From assembly GCA_963678095.2 (NCBI GenBank), contig CAXXXP010000001.1, positions 301,525 through 365,524 of the forward strand: a DNA stretch of 64,000 bases. Reading direction: 5' to 3'. Origin of the DNA: Selenomonadaceae bacterium. Its GTDB lineage: Bacteria; Bacillota; Negativicutes; Selenomonadales; Selenomonadaceae. The position numbers were made by a program, and so were the translations under genes. Under the pieces are notes generated by a model that worked only from the letters and a program-made list of their open reading frames with translations, was not told the DNA's origin and did no database searches. Shown one piece after another: positions 38,481-47,238 of this stretch (its first letter is position 1; each line of letters begins with the position of its first letter).

Positions 38481-39134
38481 GTGGATTATATTGTAAATGC
38501 ATGGGAACTGTTTCATAAGGGCGGTTTTGTCATGTATATATTATTGCTTTGCTCTGTATTTGTTGTGGCGATAGGAATGGAACGGGGGTTATATTTTCAT
38601 GCAGCCGATGCTGGCCGGCGGTTTGCTGAAGAATTTTCGCTCTTGCTTGGCCAGTGCCGAGTCCAAGAAGCACGGCGACTGTTGGCAACAGCCAAGGGAG
38701 ATCTTCCCCGGCTGTTACAGGAAGCCATGGAGAAACGGCCAGCAGAATTGGCGCTTTATTTGGAAGTCCAGTCGGGTATTTTTTTGTCTAAGCTTCGTAA
38801 ACGTTTGTACTATCTTAGCGTTATTGTGACGATGGCACCCTTGCTTGGTCTGCTTGGCACGATCAGTGGCATGATTTCTTCTTTTAGTGTGTTTAATCTG
38901 GAAGCAGGCCAGGCGGCAGCGATTACCGGCGGTGTTGGCGAGGCTCTGATTGCCACGGCGATGGGGCTTTGCGTGGCGATTGTCTCCCTGACTGTCCATG
39001 CTTATTTTTCGCAAAGAATTGAAAATATCATAACGGATATGGAGCAGAGTTTTTCGCTGCTTGAAGCACAAGAAGAGTTGCTGAAGAATTGTGAAGCGCA
39101 GGTGGAAGGAGTGGCTTGTCATGAGATTGCGTGA
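38481..39134 (+). CDS. exbB: MotA/TolQ/ExbB proton-channel protein
   Basis: Three TM helices and the motif APLLGLLGTISGMI..F. GTG start after the GAGGAGG RBS. Confidence 0.85.
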   Translation: MDYIVNAWELFHKGGFVMYILLLCSVFVVAIGMERGLYFHAADAGRRFAEEFSLLLGQCRVQEARRLLATAKGDLPRLLQEAMEKRPAELALYLEVQSGIFLSKLRKRLYYLSVIVTMAPLLGLLGTISGMISSFSVFNLEAGQAAAITGGVGEALIATAMGLCVAIVSLTVHAYFSQRIENIITDMEQSFSLLEAQEELLKNCEAQVEGVACHEIA

Positions 39135-39531
39135 CCGGCGCAGTTTTTCAAAGCCCGAAGTCATGATCATCCCGATGATCGATATCATGTTCTTTTTGCT
39201 GGTCTTTTTTATGCTTAGTACTTTGTATATGGTGAATTTGAAGACGGTCAGTGTTAATATGCCAAAGGCCGAGCATGCGGAGACACAGATGAATGCAACC
39301 TATCTGGTTACCATGAAAAAGGATGGGTCCTTGTGGCTCGAGGATAAGCGGATGGAGGAAGAAACTTTACTTAAGCAGGCCCAGGTGGAAAATAAGAAAA
39401 ACAGCAAGTTTGCCCTAGTGCTGCGAGCCGATCAGGATCTCGACTACGGAATGATCATCAGCCTGTTGGATAAGTTTAAAAGTGCCGGAATCACGCGCTT
39501 TGCCCTGGCGACGGAAGCCGGGAGGCCGTAA
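39121..39531 (+). CDS. exbD: biopolymer transport protein ExbD/TolR
   Basis: The IPMIDIMFFLLVFFM TM segment contains the conserved Asp. It also has a periplasmic domain. Confidence 0.85.
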   Translation: MRLRDRRSFSKPEVMIIPMIDIMFFLLVFFMLSTLYMVNLKTVSVNMPKAEHAETQMNATYLVTMKKDGSLWLEDKRMEEETLLKQAQVENKKNSKFALVLRADQDLDYGMIISLLDKFKSAGITRFALATEAGRP

Positions 39532-39533
39532 GG

Positions 39534-40277
39534 ATGAACAGAGAGAGAAAGGGGAAATATCAGGCAGCCGCCTTGTCAATCTTGCTGCATCTATTGGTTT
39601 TTCTCGTCGTCGCTTCGACTGGCATCTTTTCTAACAGCCCGGTCCGGGAAAAGCTGATAGACCTTGTCGTTTACGAGGAGGCGGCAGCAAGTCCGGCGGC
39701 TTCAATTTCAGCCGACAGTGGCGGCAGCGAGATAACCTCAAGTGCTATCTCGTTGCCAAGTGAGCAAGCGCTTCCGGAAATAACCAAAGAATACACAAGG
39801 GCAAAACCTGTACTGGCGGAAACTGGTGAAAATCCTAAAAAGGTTGAGGCTGTTACCAGTGGTAATCTTGAAAATACAGGAGCAAATGCTGGATCTAGAA
39901 CAGGCAATGGGGCTGAATCGGGCAAGGGCGGATCGGGAACTGGTGATTCCGGAGCAGGTGCTGGTGGTTCTGTCGGGGCTGCAGGTTCGGCAGCCGGGCA
40001 ACTAAAGCGTTCGCCTCAGATTCTGTCGCAGCCGGCTCCCATATATCCGGAGAATTTACGCCGGCGCAATATCGAAGGGGCGGTTACTGTGAGGATTACT
40101 GTCGGTGCTGATGGTCTGGTGGAAAATGTTGAAATCCTTCAATCGTCCGGCTATGATGAAATGGATGCGGCGGCGACGGAGGCTGTATACAAATACCGTT
40201 ATCAGCCAGCTGTCAGCAGCAATGGCGATGAGGTTCGCTGCGCTATAAAAAGAACACTGCACTTTGCTATAGAATAG
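39534..40277 (+). CDS. tonB: energy transducer TonB
   Basis: N-terminal TM anchor and a C-terminal TonB_C domain (YPENLRRRNIEGAVTVRITVGADG...YQPA). The linker is Gly/Ser/Ala-rich. Confidence 0.85.
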   Translation: MNRERKGKYQAAALSILLHLLVFLVVASTGIFSNSPVREKLIDLVVYEEAAASPAASISADSGGSEITSSAISLPSEQALPEITKEYTRAKPVLAETGENPKKVEAVTSGNLENTGANAGSRTGNGAESGKGGSGTGDSGAGAGGSVGAAGSAAGQLKRSPQILSQPAPIYPENLRRRNIEGAVTVRITVGADGLVENVEILQSSGYDEMDAAATEAVYKYRYQPAVSSNGDEVRCAIKRTLHFAIE

Positions 40278-40425
40278 TCAGCTGGCCGGGAAGCCGTTGG
40301 TAAAATAATTTTTTAATTTGCTACATAAATCGTCCAAATATGATAAAATAAAAGACAGTGCAGTTTTTTATAAAATGAAATCGAGCCGCCGTCAGGCGGC
40401 CTTATGCTTTGGTTTGGAGGAAACA

Positions 40426-42045
40426 ATGTCAGCAGAAGATTTTAACAATGAGATTCAAAAACGCCGGACGTTTGCGATTATTTCCCATCCGGATGCCGGG
40501 AAGACAACTTTAACAGAAAAATTATTGCTTTATGGTGGAGCCATTCATCTGGCCGGATCGATAAAGTCCCGCAAGACACAGCGTCATGCGGTATCGGATT
40601 GGATGGAAATTGAAAAACAGCGCGGCATTTCTGTCACGTCGAGTGTGTTGCAGTTTGACTATGCCGGCTGCCGCATCAACATTCTTGATACCCCGGGACA
40701 TCAGGACTTCAGTGAGGATACGTATCGTACCTTGATGGCCGTTGACAGCGCCGTTATGATCATTGATGTTGCCAAAGGGGTTGAAGCGCAGACCAAGAAA
40801 TTGTTTAAAGTCTGCAAGCAGCGGGGCATTCCAATTTTCACTTTTATCAACAAGCTTGACCGTTATGGTAAGGCTCCGCTTGATCTGATGGAGGAGATTG
40901 AAAATGTGCTCGGCATCAGGTCGTATCCGATGAACTGGCCGATTGGAACCGACGGCAATTACCGCGGTGTTTATGACCGCCAGAAGAAGCAGATCGAATT
41001 CTTCGATGAGGATGCAAGTCATGGGCAGAAGGCTCGTACTTCGGTAACCGGTTCACTCGATGATCCGGATATAAAAGATCTTTTGGGACAAGACATTCAG
41101 CAGGCGCTGATCGATGATATTGATCTGCTTGATGCAGCCGGAGAAGCCTTCGATCTTGAAAAAATAGCCCAGGGAGAACTGACACCGATGTTTTTCGGTA
41201 GCGCTATGACCAATTTCGGGGTGCAGAACTTCTTGGAAGAATTTCTGCGACTGGCACCGCCGCCAGCGCCAAGGATTTCGTCGGATGGAATTATTGCTCC
41301 GACGGATGAGGAATTTTCGGCCTTTGTCTTTAAGATTCAGGCCAATATGAATCCGGCCCATCGGGACCGTTTGGCTTTTATCCGTATTTGCTCAGGGAAA
41401 TTTGAGCGCGGAATGTCAGTCTATCATCACAAGACAGACAAGATGATTAAGCTGGCACAGCCGCAGCAGTTTTTGGCGCAAGATCGACAGATTGTCGATG
41501 AAGCCTATCCGGGAGATATCATCGGATTGTTTGATCCGGGAATTTTTGGTATCGGTGATACACTCTGTGATGCCGGACGTAAGTTTGACTTTGCCGATTT
41601 CCCGGTATTCCCTCCGGAAAAATTTGCCCGCGTGCAGGCCAAGGACACTATGAAGCGCAAGCAGTTTGTCAAAGGAATCACGCAGCTGACGCAGGAGGGA
41701 GCCGTACAGCTCTTCCGTCAGGCCGGAGCCGGAATGGAATCCTATATTGTCGGCACGGTCGGCAATCTGCAGTTTGAAGTCCTGGAATATCGTCTGAAAA
41801 ACGAATATGGTGTTGATATCATCATGCAGATGCAGCCATATGAAGTGGCCCGCTGGCTGACCTTTGACGATGGAACAACGGTTACACCGGAATCCTTGCG
41901 CGGAGCGGATCGGGGCATGTTTGTCTATGACATGAAGGATCGTCCGGCACTGCTCGTCAATAATGAATGGGCTCTGGGCTGGATTTCCGACAATAATCCG
42001 GAACTCAATATGTTCCATGTTCCGCCGGATAAAAAAGAAGCATAA
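40426..42045 (+). CDS. prfC: peptide chain release factor 3
   Basis: RRTFAIISHPDAGKTT, DTPGHQDF, and NKLD GTPase motifs. The ATG at 40426 follows the GGAGG RBS. Confidence 0.93.
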   Translation: MSAEDFNNEIQKRRTFAIISHPDAGKTTLTEKLLLYGGAIHLAGSIKSRKTQRHAVSDWMEIEKQRGISVTSSVLQFDYAGCRINILDTPGHQDFSEDTYRTLMAVDSAVMIIDVAKGVEAQTKKLFKVCKQRGIPIFTFINKLDRYGKAPLDLMEEIENVLGIRSYPMNWPIGTDGNYRGVYDRQKKQIEFFDEDASHGQKARTSVTGSLDDPDIKDLLGQDIQQALIDDIDLLDAAGEAFDLEKIAQGELTPMFFGSAMTNFGVQNFLEEFLRLAPPPAPRISSDGIIAPTDEEFSAFVFKIQANMNPAHRDRLAFIRICSGKFERGMSVYHHKTDKMIKLAQPQQFLAQDRQIVDEAYPGDIIGLFDPGIFGIGDTLCDAGRKFDFADFPVFPPEKFARVQAKDTMKRKQFVKGITQLTQEGAVQLFRQAGAGMESYIVGTVGNLQFEVLEYRLKNEYGVDIIMQMQPYEVARWLTFDDGTTVTPESLRGADRGMFVYDMKDRPALLVNNEWALGWISDNNPELNMFHVPPDKKEA

Positions 42046-42065
42046 TTGCGAGGCTATCGCAAAAT

Positions 42066-42096
42066 AAAAAACAGGCTGCAAGTGTGCAGCCTGTTT
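42066..42096. terminator. bidirectional terminator between prfC and the convergent HIT-like gene
   Basis: aaaaacaggctgca-agtg-tgcagcctgttt. Confidence 0.75.
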
Positions 42097-42100
42097 CCTG

Positions 42101-42865
42101 TCATTTGGCAAAATAAAGCGAGTGAAATTCTTTGGCGATATATTCGAGATTGTTTGCCCGGAGCTTGATATTGTAACCGATAAACAGCGGCGAGGTGGCA
42201 AATCGCGGCATTGCCTTGACCCGGATTTTTCCGTCGACAAGGTAAAAGAAAAGGTTATAACTCTTGCAGCGCTTGTTAAGGTGCTTCATCAGGTAGTCGA
42301 CGGCTGTCTGTATGTAGTAAGCAAGCATATGGACGTTGCCGTTGTCGTCGGTTATGATATTGAACTCTGAAAAGCCGATGCGCGGGTTGGTTGATATGTT
42401 GAGCTGAGCCCCGTTTTGCTCATCAATCACGAGTCCGTCGAAGTCCTCGGGATCAAATAGCAGCCGCTCATCAATCGTATTGAGCCCGATTATCTGCATG
42501 TGCGGATGGCGAATGGTGCCGCCGGACATCGGCCCGTGGTTTTTGAAAAAGAGCACGGTTTTATAAGTGCCGGATTCAAGCATTGTCAGCCAGTGCCGGA
42601 TGCCAAACCGAAGAATATCCTGCAGTTCATGCAGCGGATAATCTGGAATATCCATATTGCAGTTACGGCTTTCAATCAGTACGGTCTGATAAGAATCTTC
42701 GAGGACATTGTATTTGTTTTCAATTAACAGGATGTCGCCCTGACTGTCAATGATGTTTGTCAGCTGGCTGCGGTCACAAAAGGGGCAGGCGGCGTCCGTG
42801 TTGATGATGTTTTCCGGTTTTTTGCGTCCGATGTTTACGTTAAAATTCAAAAAATTCTTTTCCAT
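42101..42865 (-). CDS. GalT-like HIT-superfamily protein of unknown function (DUF4931-like)
   Basis: The CPFC zinc knuckle and HPHMQI (HxHxQ) motif are typical of the galactose-1-P uridylyltransferase branch. The start is probably the ATG at 42865; the GTG at 42874 abuts the RBS. Confidence 0.55.
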   Translation of the reverse strand: MEKNFLNFNVNIGRKKPENIINTDAACPFCDRSQLTNIIDSQGDILLIENKYNVLEDSYQTVLIESRNCNMDIPDYPLHELQDILRFGIRHWLTMLESGTYKTVLFFKNHGPMSGGTIRHPHMQIIGLNTIDERLLFDPEDFDGLVIDEQNGAQLNISTNPRIGFSEFNIITDDNGNVHMLAYYIQTAVDYLMKHLNKRCKSYNLFFYLVDGKIRVKAMPRFATSPLFIGYNIKLRANNLEYIAKEFHSLYFAK

Positions 42866-43035
42866 AGGAGTCACCTTCTTGGTAAATTAGTACTGGAATA
42901 CTTAGGACATAAATGATATAATTTTTTAGTTATCAGGCAGACATGTTTCTGTATAAGTTATTATGCTTGTATATATATTATATATTCTTTTAGTAAAAAG
43001 AAAAGTGAAAGTTTTCCTTAAGGCGGGTGTTTTAG

Positions 43036-44691
43036 ATTAGCAGTCAGGATGTTATAGAGAAAAAGGCAAGTAAGGGTGAGTCGTTCCTCAAGGGGACATT
43101 TATACTAACGATTGCCGGAATTGTCGTTAAAATCATAGGCTCTCTCAACTGGATTTTTGTGTCGCGTGTACTGGGCGGCGAAGGGATCGGTCTGTATCAG
43201 ATGGCTTTTCCCATTTACTTTTTTGCCCTCAGCATATCGACAGCCGGTGTTCCAGTGGCCATTTCCATCATTACGGCCGAGCGTGTAGCCCTGAAGGATA
43301 TTTTGGGCGCCAAGCGGGTTTTTCGGATTTCTATGCTGCTGATGGTTGTAACCGGGATTTTTTTCAGCTTGTTGACGTATTTTGGGGCGCAGTGGCTGAT
43401 TGATTTCAACTTTATTCGTGACCCGCGCGCCTACTATTCCGTGGTAGCACTTGCTCCGGCTATTTTTTTCGTCACCTTGCTGGCAAGCTCGCGCGGTTAT
43501 TTACAGGGTTGGCAACGCATGACTCCGACAGCAGTCTCTCAGATCGTCGAACAGATTTTTCGTGTAATAACAATGGTCTTGTTCGCCAATTTACTGCTGC
43601 CCTGGGGACTTGAATTTGCTGCAGCCGGTGCTAGTCTCGGTGCGTTTGCTGGGGCGATTACAGGTGTTATTGTGATGGTCTATTATTACTGGAAGCTGGA
43701 AAAGGATATTGAGCGCGACTATGGCGCTTTTTTGACGGTAGACAAAGAGCCGGTAAAGGAAAAAAAACTGTCGGCCTGGAAGGTTGTACGGCGGATATTT
43801 GCCCTGTCATTGCCGGTTTCGGCAGCCAGTCTGATGCTGCCAGTGGTCATGAATCTCGATTTGATGATTGTGCCGGCGCGGCTTGAAGTTGCCGGTTACA
43901 CGGTCAATGAAGCGACGGAGCTGTTTGGTTACCTTACGGGAATGGCGGTGCCGCTGGTGAATCTGGCGACAATATTGACCGCGTCACTGGCGGTCAGCAT
44001 TGTGCCGGCAATATCTGAGGCGAAGGCACTAAAAAATCGGGTGCGGGCTTTTAATCAGATTGCAGCGGCGCTGCGCATATCGAATTTTATTTGTTTTCCG
44101 GCCTTTGTCATCGTGCTCGTGCTGGCGGTGCCGATTTCATCCTTAATTTACAATGCTCCGGGGGCCGGGCCCGCCGTATGGGTATCCTCTTTCAGTATTG
44201 TTCTGCTGGGCTTGCATCAGGTAACAACCGGGGCACTACAGGGACTGGGTCATACCTCGATTCCTATGCTGAATATGGTTGTGGCGGCGGTTGCGAAGAT
44301 TGCGTTAAACTGGACGCTGGCAGCAAACCCTTCCTTCGGTATTATGGGGGCTGCCTGGGCTACGGTAGCGGATATTGGCTTGGCGGCCTGCATCAACCTG
44401 TATTTCCTTTACCGCTATATTGGCTATAAAATGGAAATTGGACAAGTCCTTCGTACGGTGGCAGCTGCCGCGATTATGGGGCTATCTGTATTTTTTTCCT
44501 ATGATTATATTCTTGGCCAAACGGCGAGCAATGCTTTGGCTACCTTTGGGTCAGTTCTAATTGGCTGCGGAGTGTATCTTGTCGTGCTCCTTCTGCTCGG
44601 TGGCATTAAAGAAGAGGATATTGTGCGGATACCGGTTTTGGGGAAAGCCGGGGCAAAGCTGCTTCAAAAAGCTGGCGTATTTAAATCCTGA
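43036..44691 (+). CDS. MOP-superfamily flippase (SpoVB / polysaccharide biosynthesis protein), probably with a non-canonical start
   Basis: 14-TM MurJ/SpoVB-like protein. The conserved first helix (FLKGTFILTIAGIVVKIIGSLNWIFV) is encoded in frame upstream of the first canonical start (GTG 43159). That in-frame stretch (43036-43158) contains no ATG, GTG or TTG. Confidence 0.7.
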   Translation: MSSQDVIEKKASKGESFLKGTFILTIAGIVVKIIGSLNWIFVSRVLGGEGIGLYQMAFPIYFFALSISTAGVPVAISIITAERVALKDILGAKRVFRISMLLMVVTGIFFSLLTYFGAQWLIDFNFIRDPRAYYSVVALAPAIFFVTLLASSRGYLQGWQRMTPTAVSQIVEQIFRVITMVLFANLLLPWGLEFAAAGASLGAFAGAITGVIVMVYYYWKLEKDIERDYGAFLTVDKEPVKEKKLSAWKVVRRIFALSLPVSAASLMLPVVMNLDLMIVPARLEVAGYTVNEATELFGYLTGMAVPLVNLATILTASLAVSIVPAISEAKALKNRVRAFNQIAAALRISNFICFPAFVIVLVLAVPISSLIYNAPGAGPAVWVSSFSIVLLGLHQVTTGALQGLGHTSIPMLNMVVAAVAKIALNWTLAANPSFGIMGAAWATVADIGLAACINLYFLYRYIGYKMEIGQVLRTVAAAAIMGLSVFFSYDYILGQTASNALATFGSVLIGCGVYLVVLLLLGGIKEEDIVRIPVLGKAGAKLLQKAGVFKS

Positions 44692-44711
44692 CCACGATAG
44701 GAGGCTGAAAA

Positions 44712-45608
44712 ATGAAAAAGATGATTCTTGTCTATAATCCTGTTTCCGGAGATGCAAGTTTTAAGAATAAACTCGATATGATGATTAATAAATTTCAACA
44801 GCGGGACTGTATGCTGCTTTTATACCGTACAGAACGCGATAACAGCCGCTCGTTTGGCGAGTTTTTACGGGCAGCTGATGCGGATGGCGTGATTGTTTCT
44901 GGCGGCGACGGCACGCTGCATGAAATTATCAATCTTTTACTGAAGGAAGGTGTCGATCTGCCGGTTGGCATCATGGCAAATGGAACCTCCAATGATTTTG
45001 CGTCTTTTATGGGCTTAGCAGATGATCTTGATTTTTACATCGATACAATTGTTGCTGGTCATAGTGTGCCGGTCGATCTCGGTCGTGTGGGCAGTGAATA
45101 TTTCATCAATGTGGCCAGTGCCGGAATGCTTACTTCGGTTGCGCATGAGGTGGATGTTCGGTTGAAAAATGCTTTTGGCAAAATGGCGTATTATCTGCGG
45201 GGGATCGGAGAATTGCCGCGCTTTCGGGCTTTAAAGCTGCAGATAGAGGCCGATGGCGAGGTTTTTGAGGAACGGGCGTTTCTGTTTGTTATCGTCAACA
45301 GCGGCATTGTTGGCAGTCTGAAAAATGTTGCGGTAGATGCCAAAGTCAATGATGGTAAGCTGGATATGGTTTTGCTGCAGCAATGCAGCCTGCCGGAACT
45401 GATGACGGTGATTGCGCAGATCCTTGCCGGCAAGAGCATGAACAATACAAAAAATGTCCGCTATCTCCAGGCGGAAAAATTCGTGATCTCCTGTGCGGAG
45501 GAACTCGGCAGTGATCTTGACGGAGAACGCGGACCACAGTTACCGCTTGCCATTGAAACCTTGCCGGGGCGTCTGCGTTTGTTCTATCCGGCGGATAAAA
45601 GCTTATAA
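44712..45608 (+). CDS. diacylglycerol/lipid kinase (YegS/BmrU family)
   Basis: GGDGTLHE motif and the DAGK catalytic domain. Confidence 0.85.
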   Translation: MKKMILVYNPVSGDASFKNKLDMMINKFQQRDCMLLLYRTERDNSRSFGEFLRAADADGVIVSGGDGTLHEIINLLLKEGVDLPVGIMANGTSNDFASFMGLADDLDFYIDTIVAGHSVPVDLGRVGSEYFINVASAGMLTSVAHEVDVRLKNAFGKMAYYLRGIGELPRFRALKLQIEADGEVFEERAFLFVIVNSGIVGSLKNVAVDAKVNDGKLDMVLLQQCSLPELMTVIAQILAGKSMNNTKNVRYLQAEKFVISCAEELGSDLDGERGPQLPLAIETLPGRLRLFYPADKSL

Positions 45609-45628
45609 ATACATATAAGATATAGTTG

Positions 45629-45659
45629 AAGGCATCCCTTTCCCGGGGATGCTTTTTTA
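45629..45659 (+). terminator. intrinsic terminator
   Basis: The hairpin gcatccc / ggggatgc is followed by T6. Confidence 0.7.
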
Positions 45660-45668
45660 TTTAAATAA

Positions 45669-45707
45669 TTTACATAAATTTAACAAAGCGATAATATTTG
45701 CTGTATA
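45669..45707 (+). promoter_or_regulatory. PhoP-type Pho boxes upstream of pstB-phoU
   Basis: Four hexamers with 11-bp periodicity: TTTACA-N5-TTAACA-N5-ATAATA-N5-TGTATA. The -10 TATAGT is at 45717-45722. Confidence 0.5.
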
Positions 45708-45752
45708 TTCCTGTGCTATAGTAGAGCCAGTAAGATTGCAGGAGGAAAAAGT

Positions 45753-46508
45753 ATGGACTATAAAATGCAGGTGAAGGATTTAAACTTATATTATGGCAAT
45801 GCGCAGGCTCTGTACGATGTGTCACTTGCAGTAAAGAAAAATTCCATTGTTGCCCTGATTGGTCCTTCGGGCTGCGGTAAGTCGACTTTTCTGAAGACAC
45901 TCAACCGCATGAACGATCTCGTGGACAATGTTCGAATTGAAGGAATGGTCATGCTCGACGGTGAAGACATATATGCTCCGGATACCGACATTGTTCATCT
46001 GCGAAAACGTGTGGGGATGGTATTCCAGCGGCCCAATCCTTTCCCGATGTCGATTTATGAAAACATCGCCTATGGGCCTAAAATACATGGGTTGAAAGAT
46101 AAAACGCGCCTGGATGAAATTGTCGAGAAAAGTCTCAAAGGGGCAGCTCTGTGGGATGAAGTCAAGGATCGGTTGCATTCCTCGGCGATGGGGATGTCCG
46201 GCGGTCAGCAGCAGCGATTGTGCATAGCCCGGGTATTGGCAGTCGAACCAGAAGTGGTACTGATGGACGAGCCCTGCTCGGCGTTGGATCCTATCTCGAC
46301 GATGAAAATTGAGGAACTCATCACCGAGCTAAAGGAAAAGTATACGATTGTTATGGTTACACACAATATGCAGCAGGCAGCCAGGGTATCGGATTATACC
46401 GCATTTTTCCTCAATGGCCGGTTGATGGAACATGATGAAACGAATATTATTTTTACCAAGCCGTCTAATGCAAAAACGGAAGATTATATTACCGGCCGTT
46501 TCGGCTGA
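45753..46508 (+). CDS. pstB: phosphate ABC transporter ATP-binding protein
   Basis: Typical PstB sequence ([37 protein letters not shown]). Confidence 0.93.
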   Translation: MDYKMQVKDLNLYYGNAQALYDVSLAVKKNSIVALIGPSGCGKSTFLKTLNRMNDLVDNVRIEGMVMLDGEDIYAPDTDIVHLRKRVGMVFQRPNPFPMSIYENIAYGPKIHGLKDKTRLDEIVEKSLKGAALWDEVKDRLHSSAMGMSGGQQQRLCIARVLAVEPEVVLMDEPCSALDPISTMKIEELITELKEKYTIVMVTHNMQQAARVSDYTAFFLNGRLMEHDETNIIFTKPSNAKTEDYITGRFG

Positions 46509-46527
46509 TTGATTTGGGGGAATAGAG

Positions 46528-47190
46528 ATGACGCAGGTTACGCGGCAGATATATATTGAAGACCTGGCCAAGCTGCAGCACACGGTTGTGACCATGGGAG
46601 AAGCGGCCACTCTGGCTGTAAAGAAATCGATGGAGGCCCTGCTTACCGGCAATAAACAGTTGGCGGAAGAGGTCATGCAGGGGGATGATCTAATTGACGA
46701 TATGATGGTTGATATTGAGGACAGGGGTATGCTTTTGATTGCCAAACAGCAGCCGATTGCGCATGATCTGCGGATTATTGCGACGAGTTTCAAATTATCG
46801 ACAGATCTTGAGCGCATTGGTGACCATGCATTTGATATTGCTAAAATCGCCCGGGACTTGTCCGGAGAATTTGCCATTGATGTGTATGATACCCCTCGGC
46901 TTGGCAGCTGTGCTGTCAAGATGATTGAAATGGCAATTGAGGCGTACCGTACGGCGGATATTAAGCTGGCCGAACAGGTATGTCATGCCGATGATGAGAT
47001 GGATGAGCTTTTTGCCCGGACATTTCAGAAGCTGTCGGCATCCATGGGAGTAGAGCCGTTATCGACCAAACAGGCGACGCAGCTGATTTTTGTGGCCCGT
47101 TTTCTTGAACGAGTTGGCGATCATGCGACGAATATTGCGGAATGGGTTATTTACCTTGAAACAGCAGAGCGCATCCGTAAGACAAAATAA
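46528..47190 (+). CDS. phoU: phosphate signalling complex protein PhoU
   Basis: Two PhoU repeats (ERIGDHA / ERVGDHATNIAE). Confidence 0.9.
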   Translation: MTQVTRQIYIEDLAKLQHTVVTMGEAATLAVKKSMEALLTGNKQLAEEVMQGDDLIDDMMVDIEDRGMLLIAKQQPIAHDLRIIATSFKLSTDLERIGDHAFDIAKIARDLSGEFAIDVYDTPRLGSCAVKMIEMAIEAYRTADIKLAEQVCHADDEMDELFARTFQKLSASMGVEPLSTKQATQLIFVARFLERVGDHATNIAEWVIYLETAERIRKTK

Positions 47191-47196
47191 CATTAC

Positions 47197-47238
47197 GAAA
47201 AAGCGAATCCCCCCAGGCAGGGGGGATTCGCTTTTTTA
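47197..47238. terminator. bidirectional terminator between phoU and the convergent kinase gene
   Basis: The 17-bp stem aaaaagcgaatcccccc / ggggggattcgcttttt. Confidence 0.85.
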
